DNA of 62,388 nucleotides, taken from a virus (lineage: Duplodnaviria; Caudoviricetes). The position numbers and the translations under genes are program-made. Within the stretch, counting starts at the first letter, position 1. Each line of letters opens with the position of its first letter. The notes under the pieces are model-generated. The model was not told the DNA's origin. It saw only the letters and a program-made list of their open reading frames with translations, and ran no database searches. Location of the stretch: positions 1-62,388 of the IMG/VR virus record IMGVR_UViG_3300027985_000703, one strand, 5' to 3'. Shown here piece after piece: positions 54,518 to 62,388 of the stretch.

Positions 54518-55642
54518 TTACACAGCCATGTCGACCGCGATAACGCCGTAGTCCTGCTTGACGGTGCCGTCAGCGGACATCTTGGCGCCCTTGAACTTGG
54601 GCTTCTTGAAGCCGAAAATCTTGCCGTAAGCGATACCCTGGGTGTTGCCGTAGTCCATGTGGTCGCGCTCGTCCCACTCACCGACGCCCAGGTCAACGAA
54701 GGCCAGCGCCTGAGCACCACACAGCAGCGCACGGGAACCGTCGATGGCGTTGGCTGCACCCCACTTGGTGACAGCGCCCTTGGTGGTGTAGACGTGACGG
54801 AACTCGTGGATCATCATGCCGTCGACCATGAAGGACTCGGTGCCGGCCCACAGCGGGTTGGCGGTACCACGGGCCAGAGCCAGCTGGCTGTTGGCCATGA
54901 AGTCGGCGTCCAGTTTCAGGTTGGCCATGGCCGCCGGGTTCAGGAACAGGTGGTAGATCTCACTGTTGCCCGCACCGCGCACACCGCGCAGGTAGCGTTC
55001 CTTGGCAATCGCCTGCAGCTGGACGATGTGCTTGTAGCCCATCTTGTCGCCGGCGGTGATTGCGGTGGTGTCGCCCTGCGCGATAGTGGTGCCGCTGATA
55101 CGCAGGTGGCGCTCGGAAGACGGCGCGGCCACGTCGGCGGCATAGGCCAGGTCGCCCAGGTTCTGGCCGGTGGTCTTGACAGCACGGGCCTTGCCGTTGG
55201 TGTGGTTGGTGTAGGCGATACCGGCCATGGTAAGGAACGCCAGCTGGTCCATGCGGTCCGCCAGCCAGTAGGACAGCTGGTCCTTGGCTTCGGTACGGAA
55301 GTTCACAACGGACTTCTGGTTGTTCAGCTTACCGGTGGTGACGTGACCGTTACGCAGCTGGTCGATCTGGATCACGTCATCGTAGGCTTTCAGTGCAGCC
55401 TCGTTGCCGGCCAGAGTGTAATCCCCGACCACGCCATCTTCTTCGATGTCCGGTACGAGGGTGATGGTGGCTTGGGTGCCGCGCTCGGTCTTGGTCAGCT
55501 CGGTGATGCGCTGGATCAGGGCATTCTTACCGGTGCCGGTAAAGCGGGTCATGAAGGAGTTTTCGCGGGCCTGGTGCCATACATCACGGGACCAGACGTT
55601 CTTTTGCTCGCTAGTGAGCGCGGTAAAGTTAGTAGCTGCCAT
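54518..55642 (-). CDS. major capsid protein (N4 gp56/DUF4043-like)
   Basis: TNFTALT, IQRITELTK, LAGNE, IQIDQLRNG, RALLCGAQAL, DYGVIAVD; strongly biased codons. Confidence 0.92.
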   Translation of the reverse strand: MAATNFTALTSEQKNVWSRDVWHQARENSFMTRFTGTGKNALIQRITELTKTERGTQATITLVPDIEEDGVVGDYTLAGNEAALKAYDDVIQIDQLRNGHVTTGKLNNQKSVVNFRTEAKDQLSYWLADRMDQLAFLTMAGIAYTNHTNGKARAVKTTGQNLGDLAYAADVAAPSSERHLRISGTTIAQGDTTAITAGDKMGYKHIVQLQAIAKERYLRGVRGAGNSEIYHLFLNPAAMANLKLDADFMANSQLALARGTANPLWAGTESFMVDGMMIHEFRHVYTTKGAVTKWGAANAIDGSRALLCGAQALAFVDLGVGEWDERDHMDYGNTQGIAYGKIFGFKKPKFKGAKMSADGTVKQDYGVIAVDMAV

Positions 55643-55810
55643 TGCTGCCTCTGCAAGTTGTTGTCCTGACCGCTAGGAACAAGCGGCAAGGACGGGGAAA
55701 TTCCGTTCTCTGTGCTTGTCCCTTGACGCGGGGCGGACGCTTGCGCAGTGGAGCCTGGCTGCGGGCAGGGGCCGGGTGACGGGGGCCAATCGAAATTACC
55801 GCCATGATAG

Positions 55811-55845
55811 CAGTGTTACTGGGGAAATAGAATACAGTTACACTG
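55811..55845. promoter_or_regulatory. paired perfect operators in divergent capsid/tail promoter region
   Basis: CAGTGTTACTG (55811) and CAGTTACACTG (55835); minus-strand TGc-TATCAT adjacent. Confidence 0.8.
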
Positions 55846-55901
55846 TAAAAACAACGTGCCCGGTGAGATAATGCCCAAAATCCACCTTCCGAGGGCCCAC
55901 A

Positions 55902-56273
55902 ATGGCGGACCAACTCGACTTTGACATTGATGTTACCGAGGGTGCGGACTTTCAGATGGAGATGCACCTGGGGGAGGACGGGTTAGACCTGGACCTCACC
56001 GGGGCGACTTTTCTGGCGCAGATCCGCGACGACTTCCAACAAACGTCCCCTGTCCGGGCGACCTTCACGGTCAGCGCCCCCATTCCGACAAATGGCAAGT
56101 TCTACCTGCAGCTGGCCAACGCCGACACCGTGAACCTGTTTCCCGCCGCCGGCCCACTGCAGCGGCAAACCCGCGGGGGTTTCTATGACGTGTTCATGAC
56201 GCTCAACAACGTCCGTACCCGTCTGGTCGGCGGGCGGGTGTTGTACCACCAAGCGATCTCCCGGAGTGTATAA
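55902..56273 (+). CDS. tail-fibre adaptor-like virion protein
   Basis: EGADF...DLTGATFLAQIR...YDVFMT...RLVGG. Confidence 0.75.
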   Translation: MADQLDFDIDVTEGADFQMEMHLGEDGLDLDLTGATFLAQIRDDFQQTSPVRATFTVSAPIPTNGKFYLQLANADTVNLFPAAGPLQRQTRGGFYDVFMTLNNVRTRLVGGRVLYHQAISRSV

Positions 56274-58376
56274 ATGGCCTTTACTCTGACGATTACCCCT
56301 CCGGCAAACGGGGCTAGTGCCGTGGTGCAGCCGGGCGGGAGCACGACCATGACCGTGGCGGCGAGCGCACCCCCCACGGCGGTGAGCGTGGCCGCTACAC
56401 CGGGACAAGTGCCAGCCGCCGTGATCGCCGCGACCTTGGCAACCATGGCCGCCAACGAAGCTGCCGCAGCCGCCAGTGAGGTCGCCGCAGCCAACAGTGA
56501 AGCTGCCGCAGCCGCCAGTGAGGTCGCCGCAGCCAACAGTGAAGCTGCCGCAGCCAACAGTGAAGCTGCCGCAGCCGCCAGTGAAGCTGCCGCAGCCGCC
56601 AGTGAGGTCGCCGCAGCCAACAGTGAAGCTGCCGCAGCCAACAGTGAAGCTGCCGCAGCCAACAGTGAAGCTGCCGCAGCCGCCAGTGCTACATCAGCTT
56701 CGGGCAGTGCCACCACCGCCACCACCAAAGCGGGGGAGGCGGCCGCAAGTGCTACCAGCGCATCGGCTAGTGCCACCACCGCCACCACGCAGGCGGGGGT
56801 AGCCACCACGCAGGCGGGCAACGCAAGCGCCAGCGCAGCAGCAGCCGCCGCATCCGCTGCCGCTGCCGCCACAGCGGTCGACAACTTCGATGACACCTAC
56901 CTGGGCGCAAAAACCAGCGACCCGGCCCTAGACAACGATGGTGACCCCCTGACCATCGGGGCCATGTACTTCGACAGCGTGGGCGGCCAGATGCGCCTAT
57001 ACACCGCCATCGGTTGGGTAGATATTTCAACCGCGGTGGCCACGACACTGGAACGATTCCGGTTCACCGCCAGCGCCGGGCAGACCGTGTTCAGTGGTGC
57101 CGACGATAGCGCCCGCACGCTGACCCTGACCCCTGCCTTTGCCGCCGTGCTGCTTAACGGGGCGCTGCTGGATGAATCCGACTACACCGTGACGGGTAGC
57201 AGCGTGACCCTGGTCAGCGGCGCAACCGCCGGTGATGAGCTGGTCGTACTGGCATTCGGGGTGTTCCAGGCCGCAGACACCGTAAGCAAGAGCCTAGGCG
57301 GCACCTTCGACGGTCCGGTAAACCATGCGGGGACACTGAAAAGGGGCGGTGTCGACGTGGCGGTGGAAACCGGTCTGGGGCTGCGCAACAAGATCGTAGA
57401 TGGCCGGTTTGATTTCTGGTACGAGGGCACCAGCCAGACCACGATGGGCTACGGCTCCGCAACCATGTGGGTGTCCCACAACGCCGGGTCGACAAAAGTC
57501 CACTCGCGGCAGGCGCTAACTCCCGGTGTAGACCTCCCGGCGGTCGAGTGCCCCTCAGCCAAGCACTACTCGCGCACGGTCGTTACCTCCGTTGCGGGGG
57601 CGTCAAACAATGCTTTGCTGTACCACCGGATCGAAGACGTGCGTGTGCTGGCGGGTAAGAACGCAGTGCTGTCGTTCTATGCCCGCGCCGACGCCCCAAA
57701 GAACATGACCGCCGAGCTGAACCAGCATTTCGGTAGCGGGGGCAGCGCCAATGTTGAAGGCATTGGGACCACGAAACTGGCGCTGACCACCGAGTGGGCG
57801 CGGTACAAAGTGCCGGTGGCCATCCCGAGCGTGCAGGGGAAGACCATTGTCGACGGCACTAATTGTTACCTGCGAGTGCTCTTGTGGTTCGACGCCGGCA
57901 GCGACTACGCCGCCCGGACAGATTCTCTGGGCCAACAGTCCGGCACCTTCGACATTGCCTGCGTGCAGCTGGAAGAGGGCACGGAAATGACGCCGTTCGA
58001 GGAATTGCCGTTGAGCTTGAGCATGGCCCGGGTGGACAGGTACTACGAAACCTCTTACCCCCACGAAACCGTGTTGGGGGCCATCACCTACAACGGGTCG
58101 CATGGCGTTCGGGCCGCCGCAGCTACCGTCACGCTGCAGTGCGGGATACGGTTCCGCGCCCAGAAACGGGCCTTGCCAGCGGTCGCTATATATAACCCGT
58201 CCACGGGGGCTTCCGCCTCGGTTCGGGATGCCTCCGCCTCGACAGACGTGGCCGTTACATCCCCCGTCAGCGGCGAAGGGTACAGCCGAAACGGACTGCT
58301 AGCCATCACCCTTGCGACTACGGCGACGGCGATTAACGCCTATTACCTGCATTTCGTGGCAGACGCCCGCCTCTAA
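56274..58376 (+). CDS. tail fibre protein
   Basis: Ala-rich heptad shaft, FDDTYLGAKTSDPALDNDGDPL anchor motif, TASAGQTVF, RNKIVDGRFDFW...QLEEG..TPFE...RYYE. Confidence 0.88.
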   Translation: MAFTLTITPPANGASAVVQPGGSTTMTVAASAPPTAVSVAATPGQVPAAVIAATLATMAANEAAAAASEVAAANSEAAAAASEVAAANSEAAAANSEAAAAASEAAAAASEVAAANSEAAAANSEAAAANSEAAAAASATSASGSATTATTKAGEAAASATSASASATTATTQAGVATTQAGNASASAAAAAASAAAAATAVDNFDDTYLGAKTSDPALDNDGDPLTIGAMYFDSVGGQMRLYTAIGWVDISTAVATTLERFRFTASAGQTVFSGADDSARTLTLTPAFAAVLLNGALLDESDYTVTGSSVTLVSGATAGDELVVLAFGVFQAADTVSKSLGGTFDGPVNHAGTLKRGGVDVAVETGLGLRNKIVDGRFDFWYEGTSQTTMGYGSATMWVSHNAGSTKVHSRQALTPGVDLPAVECPSAKHYSRTVVTSVAGASNNALLYHRIEDVRVLAGKNAVLSFYARADAPKNMTAELNQHFGSGGSANVEGIGTTKLALTTEWARYKVPVAIPSVQGKTIVDGTNCYLRVLLWFDAGSDYAARTDSLGQQSGTFDIACVQLEEGTEMTPFEELPLSLSMARVDRYYETSYPHETVLGAITYNGSHGVRAAAATVTLQCGIRFRAQKRALPAVAIYNPSTGASASVRDASASTDVAVTSPVSGEGYSRNGLLAITLATTATAINAYYLHFVADARL
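56457..56687 (+). repeat. 11 x 21-bp tandem repeat encoding E(A/V)AAA(A/N)S
   Basis: GA(A/G)G(CT/TC)GCCGCAGCC(GC/AA)CAGT units. Confidence 0.95.
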
Positions 58377-58391
58377 TACCAGGAGACCAAC

Positions 58392-58838
58392 ATGAACATC
58401 CTTTCCATGAAATACGGCAACCAGGAGGGCACCACCCTCCGCGTCACCCATGACGGCGGCGAGTGCTCCGTGCCCTGGCCCTGCCACACCTGGCACGGCG
58501 AACACATCCAGCAGGCGCTGGGTAACGGTATGGCCATTGCGCCGTGCATGACCCCGGAAGAACTGGCCGCCAAGACCGCCGCGGAAACCGCCGCTGCCGC
58601 CAAAGCCGCCCGCGATGCCGCTGTAGCGGCGATCACGGTGGAAGTGGCCGGCAAGGTGTTCGATGGCGATGAGGTGGCCCAAACCAGAATGGCCCGCGCC
58701 ATCCAAGTGGCGGAGATCACCGGACTGACCAGCACCAACTGGAAGCTGGCCGACAACAGCATGGTGACGGTGACACTGGACGAGTTGAAGCAGGCGCTGG
58801 CGCTGGCCATGCAGGCACAAGGCGCGTTGTGGGTATAA
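58392..58838 (+). CDS. tail fibre assembly protein (DUF4376-like)
   Basis: FDGDEVAQTRMARAI, WKLADN, ELKQAL. Confidence 0.85.
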   Translation: MNILSMKYGNQEGTTLRVTHDGGECSVPWPCHTWHGEHIQQALGNGMAIAPCMTPEELAAKTAAETAAAAKAARDAAVAAITVEVAGKVFDGDEVAQTRMARAIQVAEITGLTSTNWKLADNSMVTVTLDELKQALALAMQAQGALWV

Positions 58839-58850
58839 GGAGCGGGACCG

Positions 58851-60713
58851 ATGAGTAAAGCCAGAACGCTCGCCGCCGTTGCCCGAGTGAACATCCCCAT
58901 CAAGCGGCACTCGTGCCTGGCAGACCTGTGCGGCGACAGCGAAGTGGCGTTGGGGCAGATCGTGGACACCGTGGACTACTACGCGGGATGGGCGATCTCC
59001 CTAGACGAGCCCCTTGGCGGCAACCGATACATCGTCGTATCTGCGGCTACGGGCACACATGACGGCGGCAGCCACATTGACCTCCCGGCGTCGGGCCTCC
59101 AAGCCAAGGCCCTGTTCCCGAACAACGAGGTCCGGCCGGAACAGTTCGGGCTGATTGGCGATTATGTATTCACGCCACACTCAGGAACGGACAACACCGT
59201 GCAGTGCCGGAGGATGTTCAACTATGCCGCCATTGACGGGAAAACCATACGCCTGTCAGCGGGTAAGAAATACCTAACAGACAGCATCTACCTATACAAC
59301 GACGCCACATTGAACCCGGACTACCCCTCCCGGGCGGGTCGGATCCGTATCCAGGGCGCGGCCATGGGTCTAGCGACCGGCGATATAGAGCCGCAGGGCT
59401 GCGGGTTCGCCCACATCAACGGGTCCGCGGGCAAGTTGTTTGAGGTGGGGGGCCGATTCTCGTTCACCACGGCGGGGTCGGCCGGCAGCATGATCGAGAT
59501 GGATAACATGGTCTTGATCGGCGGGGACACGACAGCGGACGTGCTGTTCATTGAGGGTTCTGAGGGGCAAATGTCCTTCAAGAATATGATCATCCGTGGC
59601 AGGAACCCGGCAGGTAACGGCGTTACCGAGGCCACAACCTGGGCCACAACATGGGAAAACGTCCTTATCCGCGGGGACGCCGACTCGGTCACCCCGATCG
59701 GTTGGACAGGGATCGGTCTGAACATCACCGCGTCGGATAAGTTGTCCGGGGGGTCTCCGATCGCGGATGGTCAGAATAACATGAAGGTGTACCGCAACGT
59801 GGAGGTGTACAAGTTTGGGCGGAACATCGAAATCGGCCGAAAGGCGGTGGACAGGGGGACATTTGCCCCCTTGGTGTTCATCGGTGGTCAGGCGTCACAG
59901 GCGGAGCACCACAACCTGATATTGGGCGGCGGAGCCTACGCCTGCCTGTTTCTGGGGTGGCAGTCAGAAGGCGCTTACAAGAACGGCATCTTCGTGGACC
60001 GCAACGACCCGGTGACCGCCAATGACCTCCCACGCTCAAACAAGTTCATCTCCTGCTATCTGACGAATAACGGCAAGATAGTGGATGGGTCCAGCAACGA
60101 GTTCCAGGTGTGTGTGAAAGAGGGGGATGGCGTTGAGTTCGACTCCATGGTGCTCAACAACTCCAATTCGGGGTTCTACATAGACGTGCCCGCCGGCGCC
60201 AATAACGTGCTGATACGCAGACCATTGTTCCGAACGGTGACCGCCTACGGCCAAGCGAACGGGACTGGCATAAAAGTGGTGACGGGCGGGGCGTTGTCCG
60301 ACACCATGCTGGAAAACCCAACCTTCAACCAGAACTTCTCCGTGAATGTGGACGACACCAGCGGCGCGCTGGCTATCGCCGCGTCCGGTGGGTACCTGTC
60401 GATCTCAAACAACAGCGCCACGCCGTCACTCTACACGGGTGCAGCAGGAAAGTTCGTTAAGCACCTGAACTTCAACAATACGTCGCCAACAACAGTCACC
60501 GACATAACGGGGCCCTCGACTACATGGGGGCAACTAGCCATGGAGCACCATGTTGTACACATAACGTTCTCGAACACCCTGACGACCATCCAGTCCAATG
60601 GCAACATTTTCTTGGCCGGCAGCGCGGACTTCACCCCGACGACAAACAAAGGGTCTATGACCCTGATGCGCGTCGGGTCTAAGTGGATCGAGGTGAGCCG
60701 ATCCTCGGGCTGA
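58851..60713 (+). CDS. tailspike / putative polysaccharide depolymerase (beta-helix)
   Basis: N-terminal GGNRYIVV...DGGSHIDL, PEQFG..GD...TDNT entry motif, N/G/I-rich beta repeats. Confidence 0.82.
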   Translation: MSKARTLAAVARVNIPIKRHSCLADLCGDSEVALGQIVDTVDYYAGWAISLDEPLGGNRYIVVSAATGTHDGGSHIDLPASGLQAKALFPNNEVRPEQFGLIGDYVFTPHSGTDNTVQCRRMFNYAAIDGKTIRLSAGKKYLTDSIYLYNDATLNPDYPSRAGRIRIQGAAMGLATGDIEPQGCGFAHINGSAGKLFEVGGRFSFTTAGSAGSMIEMDNMVLIGGDTTADVLFIEGSEGQMSFKNMIIRGRNPAGNGVTEATTWATTWENVLIRGDADSVTPIGWTGIGLNITASDKLSGGSPIADGQNNMKVYRNVEVYKFGRNIEIGRKAVDRGTFAPLVFIGGQASQAEHHNLILGGGAYACLFLGWQSEGAYKNGIFVDRNDPVTANDLPRSNKFISCYLTNNGKIVDGSSNEFQVCVKEGDGVEFDSMVLNNSNSGFYIDVPAGANNVLIRRPLFRTVTAYGQANGTGIKVVTGGALSDTMLENPTFNQNFSVNVDDTSGALAIAASGGYLSISNNSATPSLYTGAAGKFVKHLNFNNTSPTTVTDITGPSTTWGQLAMEHHVVHITFSNTLTTIQSNGNIFLAGSADFTPTTNKGSMTLMRVGSKWIEVSRSSG

Positions 60714-60734
60714 TGACCGGGCAACAACAACAAC

Positions 60735-60754
60735 AAGGGGCCTGCGGGCCCCTT
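60735..60754. terminator. terminator hairpin between convergent genes
   Basis: AAGGGGCC-TGCG-GGCCCCTT. Confidence 0.75.
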
Positions 60755-60758
60755 CATG

Positions 60759-60938
60759 TTACTTCAACCATTTGTCCGGCAGCACCATACCCAGGAAACC
60801 AGCCAGGCCGATACCAAAGGTGATGACCACCTCCTGGTGCTCGGGGCTCCAGTGCGCGCCCAGCGCCGCAGCGCCGATGACAATGCCGCGCCAGGTGGAC
60901 GGCTCTTTCAGTCGGTTGAGGATGTAACCAAGGACCAT
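60759..60938 (-). CDS. holin-like two-TM protein (59 aa, not in ORF track)
   Basis: AAAGGAG RBS; MVLGYILNRLKEPSTWRGIVIGAAALGAHWSPEHQEVVITFGIGLAGFLGMVLPDKWLK. Confidence 0.75.
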   Translation of the reverse strand: MVLGYILNRLKEPSTWRGIVIGAAALGAHWSPEHQEVVITFGIGLAGFLGMVLPDKWLK

Positions 60939-60992
60939 ATCGTCGCTCCTTTAGTGGACGCCGCCCGGGGCGGGTGGCACCGCTACAAGGTA

Positions 60993-61027
60993 CAGTAAAA
61001 CTGCTTGCTTCGCGAGCAGGAATACTG
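60993..61027. promoter_or_regulatory. paired operator-like sites in divergent holin/tail region
   Basis: CAGTAAAACTG (60993) and CAGGAATACTG (61017). Confidence 0.75.
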
Positions 61028-61085
61028 TAATTGCCGGCGCTCGGGTGCGATAATGGGGCTCCACCTTTACTGTGAGCCCGACACC

Positions 61086-61430
61086 ATGAACCTCTACACC
61101 GCTTTCCTCACCATCCCGATCAACGACAGTGTGTCCCCGGCCCTGGATGTCAGCGACGCGCCACTGGTCGGCATCATCATGCCCGCCGCTTGGACCGCCG
61201 CCGCCCTCAACCTGGAAGTGTCTGCAGACGGCACCCGCTGGTGCAAACCCTACGACGCCTACGGCTCCGCCGTGGCCTCGCTGGCGACCCCGGTCGTGGA
61301 CGGTGCCTATGCGGTAGACTTCTCGGCCCTGTTGCCATGGCGCTGGGTTCGCCTGCGCTCCGGCACCAGCGGCTCCCCGGTGAACCAGGCCGCCGCCCGT
61401 ACCATCACCATGCTGCAGCGGGGTATGTAA
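61086..61430 (+). CDS. small beta-sandwich virion protein
   Basis: LVGIIMPAAWTAAALNLEVSADG..W...WVRLRSGT...Q.AARTI. Confidence 0.75.
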   Translation: MNLYTAFLTIPINDSVSPALDVSDAPLVGIIMPAAWTAAALNLEVSADGTRWCKPYDAYGSAVASLATPVVDGAYAVDFSALLPWRWVRLRSGTSGSPVNQAAARTITMLQRGM

Positions 61431-62388
61431 TGGATCTGGCACTGCTGACTAAAGCACCGCTGGCGGTGCAAGTGCGGCGGGCGCTGAACGGGTTGGACTT
61501 TGCATGGCACGACCCGTTCGACCTCGCCACCATGTTCCAAGACTCCGCTGGCACGACCCCGGTCACTGCTGTAGAGCAGCCTGTTGGGTTGCATCTGGAT
61601 AAGAGCATGGGGTTGCAGCTTGGGCCGGAGCTGGTGACAAATGGGGCGTTTGATAGTGACGTTACAGGATGGAACAATACTTCAACACCTGTAAGCGTGG
61701 AATCTGTTAATGGGGTGTTGAATGTGACAGTTGATGGACCAGGTGAGGGCGTAAATCAATCATTCACAACTGTAGCCGGAAGAACATATAAATTTACTCT
61801 ATCGTATGATGTTGGGACGTTAAATACTGGGTCAATGGCTGCTAGTTTTGGTGCTTCTGTGTTTTTCATTACCGGGTCTGGAATAAAGACATTTTACGCT
61901 GTGGCTACATCTGCTACCACAAATATCATAGTTAGGTCAGCAGGAACTGCCGGGGTGTATAGCGGAACATTTACCGCAGACAACATAACAGTCAAAGAAC
62001 TCCCCGGCTACCACGCCACCCAAAGCATCACCGCCAGTCGGCCTACGCTGTCGGCAAGGTATAATCTGCTGACCAAGACAGAGGATTTTGCGGATGCGGT
62101 GTGGGTTAAGAGTGCTACATCTATAAATAGTGACGCAATAAATGGCCCGATAGGTGCAATTGAGTTTGCTGATAAAATTGTAGAATCAGCGTCAACAGCT
62201 CCGCATAACATAGCGCAGATTGCCGGTATAGTTTCTGGTGTTGAGTACCTGATTTCTGCTTATGTTAAAGCATCTGAGATGCATTTTGCTTTTATCTCAT
62301 TCAATGCAACAGCACACGCAATCGCTGTAGATTTAACCAGTGGCGCTGTTGGCGTAGTAACAGGGACCCCAACAAATCTAGCATCTCT
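61430..62388 (+). CDS. virion/tail protein with inserted carbohydrate-binding-like domains (runs off right end; not in ORF track)
   Basis: TAATG coupling; open to the end; TMFQDSAGTTPVTAVEQPVGLHLDKS, ELVTNGAFDSDVTGW, HATQSITASRPTLSARYNLLTKTEDF. Confidence 0.8.
   Translation, partial: MDLALLTKAPLAVQVRRALNGLDFAWHDPFDLATMFQDSAGTTPVTAVEQPVGLHLDKSMGLQLGPELVTNGAFDSDVTGWNNTSTPVSVESVNGVLNVTVDGPGEGVNQSFTTVAGRTYKFTLSYDVGTLNTGSMAASFGASVFFITGSGIKTFYAVATSATTNIIVRSAGTAGVYSGTFTADNITVKELPGYHATQSITASRPTLSARYNLLTKTEDFADAVWVKSATSINSDAINGPIGAIEFADKIVESASTAPHNIAQIAGIVSGVEYLISAYVKASEMHFAFISFNATAHAIAVDLTSGAVGVVTGTPTNLAS

Noticed and set aside
56457-56687. Possible CRISPR array given the Cas4-like gene
   Set aside because: Repeats have no spacers and are in-frame coding; the Cas4-like nuclease is a common stand-alone phage exonuclease
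61430-62388. Diversity-generating retroelement acting on the tail gene
   Set aside because: No reverse transcriptase and no template/variable repeat pair seen

Overview
The window is an essentially complete genome (about 62 kb, GC-rich) of a tailed dsDNA phage with podovirus-type organisation, probably infecting a proteobacterium (host is inference only). It is opened inside a virion gene that starts at 61430 and ends at 283. The minus strand carries terS-terL-portal-scaffold (7748->2301) and major capsid-adaptors-ejection proteins-tail (55642->38016). A plus-strand block of receptor-binding genes (55902->62388, 1->687) lies between these two. The plus strand 8074-38007 carries about 60 early/middle genes: PolA, primase-helicase, Cas4-like nuclease, SNF2 helicase, SSB-like protein, resolvase, CI-like regulator, dCMP deaminase, ThyX and many small orphans. 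I saw no integrase, tRNA, CRISPR array or reverse transcriptase. The main unexplained signals are: (1) six tandem diverged paralogues sharing [IL]x3WLx4ACx2Gx2WF (13502-15383); (2) a ~330-nt highly base-paired non-coding element with a possible loop-loop pseudoknot upstream of the SSB-like gene (31985-32312); (3) an intergenic palindrome CAGT-N3-ACTG found genome-wide, often paired 24 bp apart, at both early and late promoters; (4) a Gp49/gp66-RyR fusion that may be a nucleotide-signal sponge; (5) an iteron-rich candidate origin (12204-12607). All product calls come from motif recognition by eye, not database searches.
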